Shown: piece by piece, positions 1-9,892 of the stretch
How the letters are laid out: every line of letters starts with the position of its first letter
Numbering within the stretch: position 1 is the first letter of the stretch
IMG/VR virus record: IMGVR_UViG_3300046171_000186
Span: 1-61,901 of that record
Direction: 5' to 3' (one strand)
Source: a virus
Taxonomy: Duplodnaviria; Caudoviricetes
DNA: 61,901 nucleotides
Notes under the pieces: generated by a model
The model's database searches: none
Told to the model about the DNA's origin: nothing
Seen by the model: the letters and a program-made list of their open reading frames with translations, nothing else
Made by a program: the position numbers and the translations under genes

Positions 1-1060
1 CATGGTCTAACCATTTACCTGCTGAAAGATTTCTGAGTTGTCTGTGCAACTCCTCGATCTGGTCACTACTCAGGTTGGAACCCTGTGGGAGATTCTGTAG
101 CTGAACCAGTCGTCCGGTCCATCGTCCGGTATGGGCACCGTGATACTGGAACATCCCATGAATACGTCCATCTTCGGCAACGGCATTCTTAAAGGCTTTG
201 ACCTTGGCAGTCGAAGTCTTGGCGTTGTCTTGTCGGATCTGCAGGACTTCCCGTACCTTGCCCGTGCTGTGCGGAAGAGTTTGTTCAACAGTCTTCTTGG
301 ACAGGTCCTCAAGGAAAACATCCTGAGTCTCTAGCCATCGAAGGGTATCCTTGACGTTGGACACTTTCGTGACCATCTCATCAGTGATCTGACGGACCCG
401 TGTATTCGCCCGGTACTCCTGTTTCTTGATCACTTCGAGCAACAGGTCGACTGCTTCAACGTCGACCTTGACTCCCCTTTCATTGATTTTACGGTCTAAC
501 CAGAAGATCTCCTGTTCACTTTTTGGTAGGTCTCCTAGTTGTTTGTGGATCTCGCATTCTGCCAGCACGTCTTGCTTACAGTAGTCGATCAGTCGGTGGA
601 CGTTCTCAGGTTCGTTCCACCAGATCGGTACCTGTCCGGGTTCGTGCTTTCGAGGCTTTGCCATCTTGAGCATCAACTTCCGTCCCTCTTCATCCTTCTG
701 ACCGTCTTCCCCGGCAAGAGCCTGTGCCGCAAGTTTTAAAGAAGCCGGGTATCCCCGGTATCGGGCAACGGCACTTGGGTCTCGCCACTGTTCGATCTCT
801 GTACTTGGGAACCCGTAACGAGGTACAAGCACCCTCTCGTAGACATCCCTCTCAAAATTAGCATTCCACGCACAATGTGTCTGGAAGGGATTCTGGAAGG
901 GTTCAGGTACAGGATCACCCGGCTTCCATACACCCCCAGACCCGGTCTCATCATCGTAATAACAGACACACCACACCCCTAGATCCTTGTCAGCATAGGA
1001 CCAACTCCCTAAATCCTTCAGTTCCCTGAAGTGGTAGGTCTCATAGTCTTGATGAAGCAT
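1..1060 (-). CDS. polA: DNA polymerase family A, N-terminal part (3'-5' exonuclease); continues across the circular junction at 61901
   Basis: Manual translation from ATG 1060 (RBS GGAGG): MLHQDYETY...AWNANFER...LIDYCKQDV...YHGAHTGRWTGRLVQLQNLP. No stop to base 1, and it joins in frame (..WLDH|VNKEHGAP MPVISS..) with the 61006..61878 ORF, giving about 651 aa. Confidence 0.93.
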   Translation of the reverse strand, partial: MLHQDYETYHFRELKDLGSWSYADKDLGVWCVCYYDDETGSGGVWKPGDPVPEPFQNPFQTHCAWNANFERDVYERVLVPRYGFPSTEIEQWRDPSAVARYRGYPASLKLAAQALAGEDGQKDEEGRKLMLKMAKPRKHEPGQVPIWWNEPENVHRLIDYCKQDVLAECEIHKQLGDLPKSEQEIFWLDRKINERGVKVDVEAVDLLLEVIKKQEYRANTRVRQITDEMVTKVSNVKDTLRWLETQDVFLEDLSKKTVEQTLPHSTGKVREVLQIRQDNAKTSTAKVKAFKNAVAEDGRIHGMFQYHGAHTGRWTGRLVQLQNLPQGSNLSSDQIEELHRQLRNLSAGKWLDH

Positions 1061-1079
1061 TTATAGCCTCCAAAGAAAC

Positions 1080-1097
1080 AGGGGCCAGAAGGCCCCT
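1080..1097 (-). terminator. GC hairpin followed by a T-rich tract between SSB and polA
   Basis: Minus strand AGGGGCC TTCT GGCCCCT followed by GTTTCTTT. Confidence 0.45.
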
Positions 1098-1104
1098 TGG
1101 TTAA

Positions 1105-1691
1105 TTAAGCAGCAAACATCCGGTCCAGAGCCGCATCGACACTATCATCGTCGTCTGCCGGGACGGTCACCTTTTGTGGCTCTGCCTTCGGCAGCAGACC
1201 AAGGGCAGATTGCTTACCACCACCAGACGCATCAGCAGTTTTCTGCAGCACGTTGATTCGTGCAGTGATGCCTCGGTTTTTCTCGGAGACCGTGTAGGCC
1301 ATGATGAAGACCACCACGTTGCCCATGATCCCGTTACGGATCTCAGAACTTCGAGTCTCAGGGATCTGATTCTGGTAGAGATCAACCACCGTGGGGGCAC
1401 CCTTCTCTTCAGCCTGTGCTGCTTGAAAAACAAGGTCACCATCTGGAAGGGACTTAGCGGAGACCGAAGATCCCCGGACTTGAGTTGCTTCTTCGCTTCG
1501 GTCTTGTTCAGTCCAAAAGCCTTGGAGGCTACCTCCACCAGCACGTCATCGATCTTTGCCCAATCTTCTTTCTGATCGGGATCGACAACGGCACTAACTT
1601 CGTAGCGCCCATACTTTGACGGTTTAAAAACAGCAGGGAAAAGAATTCTGCTTTCAGGAAGAACAACTTGCTGACCAATATACTTTGCCAT
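1105..1691 (-). CDS. ssb: Single-stranded DNA-binding protein (DUF2815/gp2.5-like), split by one probable sequencing frameshift near 1452
   Basis: N-terminal RILFPAVFKP..KYGRYEVS and C-terminal MAYTV..NRGITARINVLQK with an acidic tail. Adding one A to CTAAG restores SPLKSLPDGD. It lies between the Cas4-like nuclease and polA, as in APSE-like modules. Confidence 0.75.
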
Positions 1692-1699
1692 TTGAACCT

Positions 1700-2920
1700 T
1701 TATAAAAGGAGTTGAAGACCCTCTTCAGCAGATGGGCCATTAAAAGATAACTTCATTCCGGAAGACCGGGACTCGACAAGGTGGGAGATCTTATCCCAGT
1801 CTTCGGAGGGAAGGATGGACTCCAACTGGGAAGGGGACAATGCCGCTAGGTTTGCTTTCTGTTGAACGTCAAACTCTAGGGTCTGTAGATGTTGACGAAG
1901 CTGATCTTCGCTTGACCATCTACGGGTTGGACGGGTGGGACTGAGTTTCCAGCCGGGGATTCGGTTCCCTGACTCGAGAAGCTTTTCAGCGTAGCGACGA
2001 TGTCGTTTGATTGCTGCGTCTAGCAGATCACAACACTCAAGCACCTCGGCAAACTCGTCAGGAGACATATCCTTGGGGTTGCCTGAGATCTTCAGATAGT
2101 CAACCTCGGTTAACTCCTCCTGCATCGGCTGGTTGTACGTTGGGCAAATCTCTTTGCCCGGACAGAAGCGACAGTGGGAACCTACTACGAAGTCGTCCGG
2201 GTTGTCCAAAGTGTCCTGTATCGCAGAACGCAATTGACTCTCGAAGTCGAGAATGTCCTGCCAATGTAGGACCTCTGTGCGGATCGGACCTGACTCGTGT
2301 TTTGCTCTGGGCTGAACAATCGTCAGGCGGACCACGATGAACTTGTCCGAAAGAAAATGTCTAAGAATTTTCTTGCGGCCCATCAGCTTGTGGAGGAACC
2401 CCAAGGCGTAGTAGCGAAGCTGCAGGTTTCCCTCGATTTCGACAGGCACCCCCTTACCGTACTTGAAGTCGACAATCTCGATAATCAGGTTGGTCTGGGT
2501 GCCTTTCGATGAATGAGGTACGATCTCTTCTTGGTAGAAGATTGCATCGGCAGTCCCGAAAAGCTGAAGGCTACGTTCCAGCTTGAGCTTGACGGGATCG
2601 ATCTTCAGAGTCTGCTCGTAATGGGTCTCGCAACCTTCTGTGCAGTTATGCAGACGGGGAAGAGAATCGACATAGTTGATGTAGGTGTTGACTGCATCCA
2701 CCATCTCCTGATCGATCTTGACTCCGTCGACCACGGCATCAAGTGCATCAGAGGGTCTAAACAGATCACCCGTAAAACACCGTTCGCTCAGGTTGTGGGC
2801 AACGGTGCCTTCACGAGAATACTTGGACTCTGACCGGGGTAGATCTTCGCACAACCCAATCGACCCGGGACAGGCAGACCATCGGGTCATCGCTGATGCG
2901 GACCACTTAGAGTGATTCAT
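1700..2920 (-). CDS. Cas4-like PD-(D/E)XK exonuclease (DUF2800 family)
   Basis: HSKWSAS..RW..CPGS, EGTVAH, FGTAD, IVDFKYGKG, QLRYYALG, IVQPR, HCRFCP...C, GWKL. Confidence 0.88.
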   Translation of the reverse strand: MNHSKWSASAMTRWSACPGSIGLCEDLPRSESKYSREGTVAHNLSERCFTGDLFRPSDALDAVVDGVKIDQEMVDAVNTYINYVDSLPRLHNCTEGCETHYEQTLKIDPVKLKLERSLQLFGTADAIFYQEEIVPHSSKGTQTNLIIEIVDFKYGKGVPVEIEGNLQLRYYALGFLHKLMGRKKILRHFLSDKFIVVRLTIVQPRAKHESGPIRTEVLHWQDILDFESQLRSAIQDTLDNPDDFVVGSHCRFCPGKEICPTYNQPMQEELTEVDYLKISGNPKDMSPDEFAEVLECCDLLDAAIKRHRRYAEKLLESGNRIPGWKLSPTRPTRRWSSEDQLRQHLQTLEFDVQQKANLAALSPSQLESILPSEDWDKISHLVESRSSGMKLSFNGPSAEEGLQLLL

Positions 2921-3468
2921 GCTGCCTCTTTGATTTGTTCGGTCAGTAGTCCCTGATCTGCCTCTGCCAGATAGGGAAGACTTCGATCATGGCGGAACCC
3001 ACATAAGCTGGTCAGCAGACTGGTCATCAACTCATCATCGGGGTTCTGCAGATCTCTACCACCCTTAATTTCGTTAAGTTCCTTGGTCAGCACCATCCCC
3101 ATCTGTTTTCCACCGTCTGGGTATTGCTCGGTCAGTTCAACAATCGTCTCCTGAATAAACTGTCTAAGAAACCTAGAGAAAGCCGTGCGGTGCTTTTCGA
3201 TCAAGGCTTTCACCAGAAGGACAAGCACTTCATCGGTAGGGGTTGGGGAATCGATCTCATCCAAAGTCTCCTTGATCTCTTTAAGATCTTGTGTTGTCTC
3301 GGAAGTATCAAGATCTTCTGACCCGGTAGCGTACTCTTCTTTCAAAGAGTAGCAGGTTTCTTTCCCGGGCTGGTGGTCTTCAAACATGGCAAGCCATTCC
3401 AGAAACTCACAGACTTTTTCATTTGACCACTCTGATACATCGATGGTCAGGTTCTTTATGCTGGACAT
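2917..3468 (-). CDS. Acidic hypothetical protein
   Basis: 183-aa ORF overlapping both neighbours within the operon. Confidence 0.65.
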   Translation of the reverse strand: MSSIKNLTIDVSEWSNEKVCEFLEWLAMFEDHQPGKETCYSLKEEYATGSEDLDTSETTQDLKEIKETLDEIDSPTPTDEVLVLLVKALIEKHRTAFSRFLRQFIQETIVELTEQYPDGGKQMGMVLTKELNEIKGGRDLQNPDDELMTSLLTSLCGFRHDRSLPYLAEADQGLLTEQIKEAA

Positions 3469-4769
3469 AGTCCAATCTCCAGTAGGTGTTGGGTTTTTGC
3501 GCTTAGTGCAGCGGAGATACGTTCGTCAATACTGTTGTGCAGCATCAGGTTTGTGCAGAATACCGGGCGTTCCTGCCCGATACGGTGGCACCTCTTTGAT
3601 GCTTGTAGGTTGGTGGCTGGTGTCCAGTCCTGTTCCAAGAAAACCACTTGGTTGGATTGGGTTAGGGTAATGGCAGTACCGCAAGCGGTTAGCTGCCCGA
3701 TAAAGACCCGGCACTCTGGGTCATTCTGAAAACGGTGAATACTCTCGTTGCGTTCTTTCTGCGAACAGGAACCGTCTATCATGACGGATTTAACCTTGGC
3801 GAGAATTAAACGCTGCAGATGTCGGAGCACCGATTTATGGTACGCAAAAACGACAACCTTGTCTTTTGAACCCTCGAGCATATCGAGAATATACGATGCT
3901 GCGGCTGGTGTCTTTGCGGCACCAATCAACCGTCGAAGGGTTGCAACATGTTCGGAGGGAGGAGGGGGAGAGGTCTCTGCTGCATTCTCCAAATGCTGCA
4001 CCAAAGCTTCGATCTCTGGTAACTGCTCGTACTCCTTCAGCTTGAGCAGAGCCTCTTTAGCATCCACCGGATCAACAACGGTGTCGTTGAAAGAAATCGA
4101 TGGAAGGTCAGGTAGAACATCTCGAGACCGTAGAGGAATGTAAACATCCCTCATCATGTCTTTCAACTCTTCCGTATTTCTTGCCCCCGTGATCACACTA
4201 CCCCACCGGGTGTCTCGAATCGAACAGTAGCGATTGCGGAAGGCAAAGTAGCTACCCTTGACCCGAGATGGCACCATGAACCGTAGGTGGGGGTAGAGTT
4301 CTGAAACGTTGTTTGGGGCAATCGTACCTGAGAGAGCATAGACTCGCTTACATCCGGTAACGAGACCGTCGACTCCATCACAGGCATGTCCGTAGACTGC
4401 CCGGGTCCTTTTTGCCCCAGAGGATTTCAGGAAGTGTGCTTCGTCCAGAATGACTCCTTGGTGCCCCCACTGCTTTAATTCTCTTAAAGTCTTGGGCTGT
4501 CGAGCTTTGTCATATGACATCACCCGTAAGTCTGCTGAGAATCCCACACGTTGTGCTTCTCGTTTCCAGTTTGCCACGGCAATTGCAGGACAGAGAACAA
4601 GGACCTTATCGAAAGAGTTGGCTTCCATTGCCAAGAGGGACATCAAAGTCTTTCCAGTCCCCATCTCTGCACCCAAGATGGCTTTTGGCATGTGGGCAAG
4701 TTGCCTCACAATTTTCTTCTGATATGGATAGGGTTTAAGAACTTTTACCAGTCCTTTGATAATTGTCAT
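3456..4769 (-). CDS. SNF2-family (SF2) helicase
   Basis: EMGTGKT, ILDEAH, LSGT, GTAITLT, QASKRCHRIGQ. Confidence 0.92.
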   Translation of the reverse strand: MTIIKGLVKVLKPYPYQKKIVRQLAHMPKAILGAEMGTGKTLMSLLAMEANSFDKVLVLCPAIAVANWKREAQRVGFSADLRVMSYDKARQPKTLRELKQWGHQGVILDEAHFLKSSGAKRTRAVYGHACDGVDGLVTGCKRVYALSGTIAPNNVSELYPHLRFMVPSRVKGSYFAFRNRYCSIRDTRWGSVITGARNTEELKDMMRDVYIPLRSRDVLPDLPSISFNDTVVDPVDAKEALLKLKEYEQLPEIEALVQHLENAAETSPPPPSEHVATLRRLIGAAKTPAAASYILDMLEGSKDKVVVFAYHKSVLRHLQRLILAKVKSVMIDGSCSQKERNESIHRFQNDPECRVFIGQLTACGTAITLTQSNQVVFLEQDWTPATNLQASKRCHRIGQERPVFCTNLMLHNSIDERISAALSAKTQHLLEIGLCPA

Positions 4770-4840
4770 AAGCCTCCGAAAATTAGTAACAATTTTAAGA
4801 TTCTTATTGATATCAATGAGAATCTAGGATAGGGTAAGTG

Positions 4841-4905
4841 ATAGGGTCAATGTCGACCCTACAATGTCATTAGAGCCTACAAGATTCTTATGACATGTCA
4901 ATACT
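4841..4905. promoter_or_regulatory. Divergent promoter/operator region between helicase and repressor
   Basis: Minus-strand TTGACA-N16-TAGGCT, palindrome TGACATGTCA, inverted repeat TAGGGTC..GACCCTA, repeated CAATGTC. Confidence 0.55.
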
Positions 4906-4932
4906 CTTTTAAAATCTCACTGAGCTTTTGTG

Positions 4933-5345
4933 ATGGACAACATTGAGCTAGGTGCAGCAATCAAGAATTTAAGAAGACGAACTTGGGGTTAACCCAAAGA
5001 GAATTCTCAGACAAAACTGAAACCGAACTCAAGAAGGTAAGCCGATTGGAGTGTGGCTACCAGCTACCTGATGAAGACTACTTTGCGTCTCTAGAGACCC
5101 TGAAAGTAGATCAGGAAACCATTAAGAAGTTTCGTCAGTGGACTGACGATGCTCGAAGAGAAACTGTAATCAAGCGAACTAGTCGAAGTACGGACACCTC
5201 GGCATTGGCCCATGATGTCAAGACCATCAAGGAAATCGTAGCCCGGAATAACCTGCTGCTCAGAGAGTTGATCAGCCTGAATAAGAGGGATACGAACGAC
5301 AACTTAGTTCGTCGTGCTCTTTCTCCGCTAGGAGAAGAACAATGA
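4933..5345 (+). CDS. XRE-family HTH repressor (probable start ATG 4933 with an indel near 4975-4985)
   Basis: MDNIELGAAIKNLR followed, after a frame change, by GLTQREFS..VSRLECGYQLP. The stop overlaps the integrase ATG. Confidence 0.75.
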
Positions 5346-6451
5346 AAAAAGTGATTGTTAAAAAGCATCACGCCAACATGCCAGCACAGTACTACGCTCG
5401 AATCTCTTTAGACGGTAAAGAGAAGATGACCGTGCTGTGCTCGGTGGCAGAGGCTGATGCTAGCAGAGACCCAGAGACGTTCCTCCATCACAGGCTTATC
5501 GAAGCCATACAAAAGCTGATGACTCAAGAGGTCTCGACAGTTTCGGAAAGTCGCAGGACCCCACTCGTCAAGCAAGTCTATGAAGAGTGGCTGGATTCCT
5601 TGACGGTAGGAGAAAGAACCAAATCCTTCTACGAACTAGCCTTGAGCTTGTTCCTGCAGTACCACGGGGAGACCGAAATCGGTAACCTCCGGGCTGTTTC
5701 CAGTCGACCGATGATTAAGGACCTGCAAGAGAAGGGACGTTCTGCCAACACGATTAGGACCTATTTGCGTAGTGTCCAGATCATGCTCGGCTATGCGGAG
5801 AAGGCTGGAATCGTTGAGAAGTGCCCTGTGCTGGAGCAACCCGGAGCAGAGAAGCGAAACATCCGGATCTACAGTGAAGAGGATCTGGATCGGGTTGAGG
5901 GTCACCTACGAGGATTGGCCCTGAAGGAAGAACCTGCGCTGAACCGCTACCGATTGCACATGATGCTACGGTACACAGGAATGAGGGCAGGAGAAGTCTG
6001 GTCATTGCCTCTGAAGAACATTGACCTGAAGGGTGGGTACATCATTCTTCGAGAAGTACCTGAGTTAGACTGGAAGCCCAAGAAGGGGAAAGAAGCGCAG
6101 ATTCCGATTGTAGGACGATTGAAAGAGTTTCTTTTAGAGGATCTAAAGAAACGAGGATCTGCGGAGAGGTATTACTTGGACAAAGGGGATGGACGAACCT
6201 ATGCCTCTGAAACGTCCAGCTTGACCAAGATGATGGGTCGAACCATGAAGAGCCTTGGACTGCAGGATGCAGCAAAGACCCTGCACGGGTACCGGGCCAG
6301 TGCAATCACCCATATGCTGGAAGCAGGGGTACCTCCGCACGAGGTGCAAGCCGTGGCACGGCACGAAGATTTGAAAACAACCTTGGGGTATCTACATCAA
6401 CGTGGGGTTAGCGAGAAGGCGTTGGCTACGCTACAGAGTCAATCCCTGTAG
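5342..6451 (+). CDS. int: Tyrosine integrase
   Basis: YTGMRAGE (catalytic R), KPKK, LHGYR (HxxR), ARHEDLKTTLGY (H, Y), and SAM-like SANTIRTYL. Confidence 0.93.
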   Translation: MKKVIVKKHHANMPAQYYARISLDGKEKMTVLCSVAEADASRDPETFLHHRLIEAIQKLMTQEVSTVSESRRTPLVKQVYEEWLDSLTVGERTKSFYELALSLFLQYHGETEIGNLRAVSSRPMIKDLQEKGRSANTIRTYLRSVQIMLGYAEKAGIVEKCPVLEQPGAEKRNIRIYSEEDLDRVEGHLRGLALKEEPALNRYRLHMMLRYTGMRAGEVWSLPLKNIDLKGGYIILREVPELDWKPKKGKEAQIPIVGRLKEFLLEDLKKRGSAERYYLDKGDGRTYASETSSLTKMMGRTMKSLGLQDAAKTLHGYRASAITHMLEAGVPPHEVQAVARHEDLKTTLGYLHQRGVSEKALATLQSQSL

Positions 6452-6759
6452 CGAACATCAAAGACTGTCCGGGTTTTGCCTTTTGTGCTATAACCCGGGA
6501 CAACTTCCGGGTAGGTCACCAAGTACCGAACATGACCAAGATGCTCTACAACTGGCGGATGGTTGATACACCAAACTGCCAGTTCTCGTAGACGTGGAAT
6601 GTCCACATTATCCCACCACTTTGTTCTCTTCTTTATACTCTCTAAATAACCTTGCAAGATCATGTAGGATGGTAGGCCCATGTAGACTTCCTGCGAGGTA
6701 TGAATTGGTAGTTCTCTGAGAATCCAGAGTTCTTCTGATTTCTGATTCCAATGTTTCAT
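6439..6759 (-). CDS. Hypothetical protein convergent with the integrase
   Basis: ATG 6759, 106 aa, downstream of its own promoter and structured leader. Confidence 0.55.
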   Translation of the reverse strand: MKHWNQKSEELWILRELPIHTSQEVYMGLPSYMILQGYLESIKKRTKWWDNVDIPRLRELAVWCINHPPVVEHLGHVRYLVTYPEVVPGYSTKGKTRTVFDVRYRD

Positions 6760-6933
6760 AAAGAAGACAAGAAAGGAGGGGGGGGAACCCTCCGCAAAGA
6801 TACAAACGGAGGGTTCGGGAGGCACCGACTTTCGGGCAGACTGGGTTGCGATTCTTGACCCTAGCCACGATCCCATCACAGGGGACTCACCTGTCTGTGA
6901 TTTGCCAGTGGGACAAACTTAGCGTAAGTCCCA

Positions 6934-6962
6934 CTATGACAAGGGGTGACGATACTGTCAAG
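6934..6962 (-). promoter_or_regulatory. Sigma70-like promoter
   Basis: TTGACA-N17-CATAGT, with a TGAC-N6-GTCA palindrome over the -35. Confidence 0.6.
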
Positions 6963-6965
6963 ATT

Positions 6966-8905
6966 TTACAAGATGTCACAAGAATTTCCGGAACAAGCCC
7001 ATTCCTGCTGAGTGCCATTGTTATGATCTTCATACTCATAACGAGAGAGCATGGAGAAGTCGATGTCTGGGAACTCAGCATCGGCCTTCTCGAACTCCCC
7101 TTTGTGATCGGACATAAGGTGCTAGCTGATAGACATGGTCTGTTCGAGGGAGGAAGCTCAGACCTGTGATATGGTCAAAGTTTTTCCAGACCCACGATCC
7201 CACATCTGCCCACTCGTCTTTACCCACAGAGATTGTAGCACTGACACTGTGCTCTGCATAGTTTGTATTGACCGTCTTCCAGTTTTCCAATTGGTCTAAG
7301 GCTGAGACTTGGTCCACGGTAGTAGAACCCTTTGGTGAGGCCACAGGGAACGCACAGACCCACGTCCGGACTTGATCGAAGGGAAGGTGATCCTGTCCCA
7401 CCTCTGGATAGAACTTCACCCCTTGGTCTTTCATCATCCTGTAGAGCGGATCGGTTGCGTTAAACCGAACGTGTCGTAGGTAGTACTTGGAATATCTTGC
7501 ATGATTCCGTGTGCGCTTCCGTTGACAAGTGCGGACGTGCCCTCTGGCTTCACAGTGGTTATCGCTGCAGACTGATTGACACCTAACTGCTGAGCGAAAG
7601 CCTTGTTGGTTTCAATGGCTGTTTTCTTTAGAGCCTGTAAAGTCTCAGGATCTTTCGCTAGTGTCGGGTGATCCATGATCCCGTCAGAGAAACTCCGGTC
7701 AGTTGCTCTCTCAGCGTTGAGCTTCCAATCTTGTTTACAGTCTCTAACCAACCGAAGTTCATTAGGTTGCTTGGATGGTCCCCATCTTCGTAGCGATCCG
7801 CACCTTCTCCTTGAGAGAATCGAGATCGTCGTTAGGCCGCACCACCACTGAGGTCAGACAACAGAACTGTCGAGGTCTCAGGCTGATCTCTGCACATGGG
7901 TTAGTTCCCTAACTGCTCTCTGTTTTTACCCTTTAAAGTTCTGCGTTTCGGTGCCTTCTTCAGAGCGGCCCCACGGTTGTAAATTCCTCTTTCCCCTGAC
8001 CCAGAAGCGACCAAGGTAGTCCACTCCCTCCAAAATTCTTCGGGTTCTGGTCTGCGGTAGTAGATCGCTGAGTTGTTCGCTAGTGCCCTTTGCGGAGCAT
8101 CAATCCAGAACTCACCCAGCTTTGCAGTCGAGAGTTGCTTATCGTCGAGGTCACTCAGACTAATCAGAGCGGATCGACGGACACCTCCAACTACGATGCA
8201 CTCCGCTATCGCACAAACCATATCGTGGGCTTCCAGAGGAGTGATCTTCCTGCCCCGTGCTGCCTCGACAGTGTCTAAACAGAACTTGGTAGCTTTCATT
8301 AACGGTTGGGGACCACTGGCTCTGCCTCCGAACGTATTTAACGGGGCACCTTCCGGACGAATCTTTGAAACGTCTAATTTCACTTCTCGCCCATACCACG
8401 AGTTATTGAGTGCTTCGAGTAACCCTTTAGCCCACCCTTCTTTGGAGTCTTCAAAGACTACGGTATGGGCCGAATCGACACTCGGAGGATCTGCCCACAT
8501 GGCTGTTGGTGACAGGGAAACAGGAGGCAATTGATTGACTACTGCTTTCGAGACATCGTATCCTACGCCAGCACCATGCATTAACAAATACATGGCTTCA
8601 GCGAATGCTCCGATACTGTCGATGGGGAGGTAACTACAATTGTACGTTCCAATCGAATTCAATCGTGCAGGTTCCCCTGCTGTCCATGCTAATCTCATGG
8701 AGGGCATCACGTCCAGACGCATCATGGCCTGTCGAATCTCATCGATCTCATCATCAGACACTAGAGCAGTCGGGGTGACCTCCCGATAGTAATCGGCAAC
8801 ACGGTTAACCATTTCTTCTCCGGTCTCCCGTCTACCCAACTCTTTAACGTAACGCAGGTAGGTTCGGTAGGTCACTACCTCTGCGAGTTTGTTTGGAAAT
8901 TTCAT
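6966..8905 (-). CDS. nrdJ: Class II (adenosylcobalamin-dependent, monomeric RTPR-like) ribonucleotide reductase with several indels in the 3' half
   Basis: PSMR, YNCSY, VVGGVRRSALI, ANNS, SGERG. Off-frame pieces give GTNPCAEISL, GVSLTGIMDH, TTVKPEGT, EHSVSATI, GLSFLP, and C-terminal ACSGNSCDIL* ending at 6966. Confidence 0.88.
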
Positions 8906-8931
8906 TCAAAAAACCTTTCTTTATAGGATAC

Positions 8932-8972
8932 AAAAAAGCCTCGCCTTCATCTAAAGCGACAAAAGCGAGGCT
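8932..8972 (-). terminator. Intrinsic terminator immediately upstream of nrdJ
   Basis: AGCCTCGC...GCGAGGCT followed by TTTTT on the minus strand. Confidence 0.6.
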
Positions 8973-9000
8973 AGTAGGATATCAGGAGATATCGAAAGTC

Positions 9001-9279
9001 TCAAGATGTTGTGACCTCTTCCTCATCATCTACTATGATCACACACGGGTAGTGTTTGACCTTCCCACCGTTAGCAAGAAACTGGTCTACTTGCTGCTGG
9101 AAGACAGACTCTCCACGAATCCGGTCTACCTCCTGATGGGGTAGGGTCTTGGTGAGTTGTTGGTCAATCACCCGGTTGCAGTTCCTGATGAGATCACATA
9201 CATCGACGAAGGTCAGGTCACAGGGTTCACCGTGCGGATTATCAAAATCAACTATTCTTTTAATACCTAAAGATTTCAT
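9001..9279 (-). CDS. Hypothetical protein
   Basis: 92 aa; VDQFLANGGKV resembles a small-phage-protein motif; ATGA-coupled to the upstream ORF. Confidence 0.6.
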   Translation of the reverse strand: MKSLGIKRIVDFDNPHGEPCDLTFVDVCDLIRNCNRVIDQQLTKTLPHQEVDRIRGESVFQQQVDQFLANGGKVKHYPCVIIVDDEEEVTTS

Positions 9280-9452
9280 TGAAATAATGCGTCCGGATAA
9301 TGGGGTGAAGAATTATCGAGGTCTTTGATATCAGCGTCGATAGTCTCGATCCATGTGTCAGGGGTGAAGGTGTGCGTGGTCAGAGCAGTTTGAAAGTTTT
9401 CCGTTGTCTCGATGATGGTCGAGTCCTTTGTACGTCTTACTTGATAAACCAT
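9276..9452 (-). CDS. Small hypothetical protein (58 aa, absent from the ORF track)
   Basis: MVYQVRRTKDSTIIETT...DALFQ*; its TGA overlaps the ATG of the next gene. Confidence 0.45.
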   Translation of the reverse strand: MVYQVRRTKDSTIIETTENFQTALTTHTFTPDTWIETIDADIKDLDNSSPHYPDALFQ

Positions 9453-9864
9453 TTTGGGCCTTTAAAGATCTAAAGTAGTTGGTTGTCTGTTCTACCTTGT
9501 AGCATCCACAAGATTTGGAAGCACCCCGGAGAACGGACGTAAGTCGAAGCAGGGAAGTGTAGCCGCACGAGCATCTACACTTAGCGTAGCGATGGGTATT
9601 GATCACAGGGCCAAGGTCAAGGATCGTCCAGCGATTGTAGGTGGTACCGATCAACTTCAACAGTTCTCGGGATTTACCACACCCACAGGACTTGGACTTA
9701 CCTGCTTTAAGGTCATCGACCCTGACGTAGTTTTTTCTCATGCACACACAACGGGCGAGGACATACTGATGTTGTAGGTCACCGACCTCATGCGGTGCTT
9801 TTGACAAGACTTGCCAGTAGCCAAAGTATTTGTTAATCATACGGTCAAAAGAAAGTAATGACAC
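9358..9864 (-). CDS. Protein with two CxC..L..G...SCGC repeats (N-terminal module of HNH/AP2 homing-type endonucleases); no nuclease domain visible
   Basis: ARCVC..DDLKAGKSKSCGC and KCRCSCG..VLRGASKSCGC. Confidence 0.65.
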   Translation of the reverse strand: MSLLSFDRMINKYFGYWQVLSKAPHEVGDLQHQYVLARCVCMRKNYVRVDDLKAGKSKSCGCGKSRELLKLIGTTYNRWTILDLGPVINTHRYAKCRCSCGYTSLLRLTSVLRGASKSCGCYKVEQTTNYFRSLKAQNGLSSKTYKGLDHHRDNGKLSNCSDHAHLHP

Positions 9865-9892
9865 CCCGGTGGTATCGGGGTGCCGTGGTTAA

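Noticed and set aside
70-969. Short ORFs listed at 70-969 and most antisense ORFs in the track
   Set aside because: They are shadows of polA and other long genes, without RBS or recognisable motifs
1440-1460. Programmed frameshift in the SSB gene
   Set aside because: No canonical slippery heptamer; one missing A restores the frame, and similar single indels recur across the genome, pointing to sequencing error
1700-2920. CRISPR-Cas system (Cas4-like gene)
   Set aside because: No repeat-spacer array or other cas genes; DUF2800-type nucleases are standard in this replication module
6966-8905. Intron, intein or stop-codon reassignment explaining the broken RNR
   Set aside because: Total length fits an uninterrupted enzyme, the breaks are frame changes, and other genes end normally in TAA, TAG and TGA
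8906-9000. Cobalamin riboswitch upstream of nrdJ
   Set aside because: The gap is under 100 nt, has no B12-box, and contains only a terminator-like hairpin
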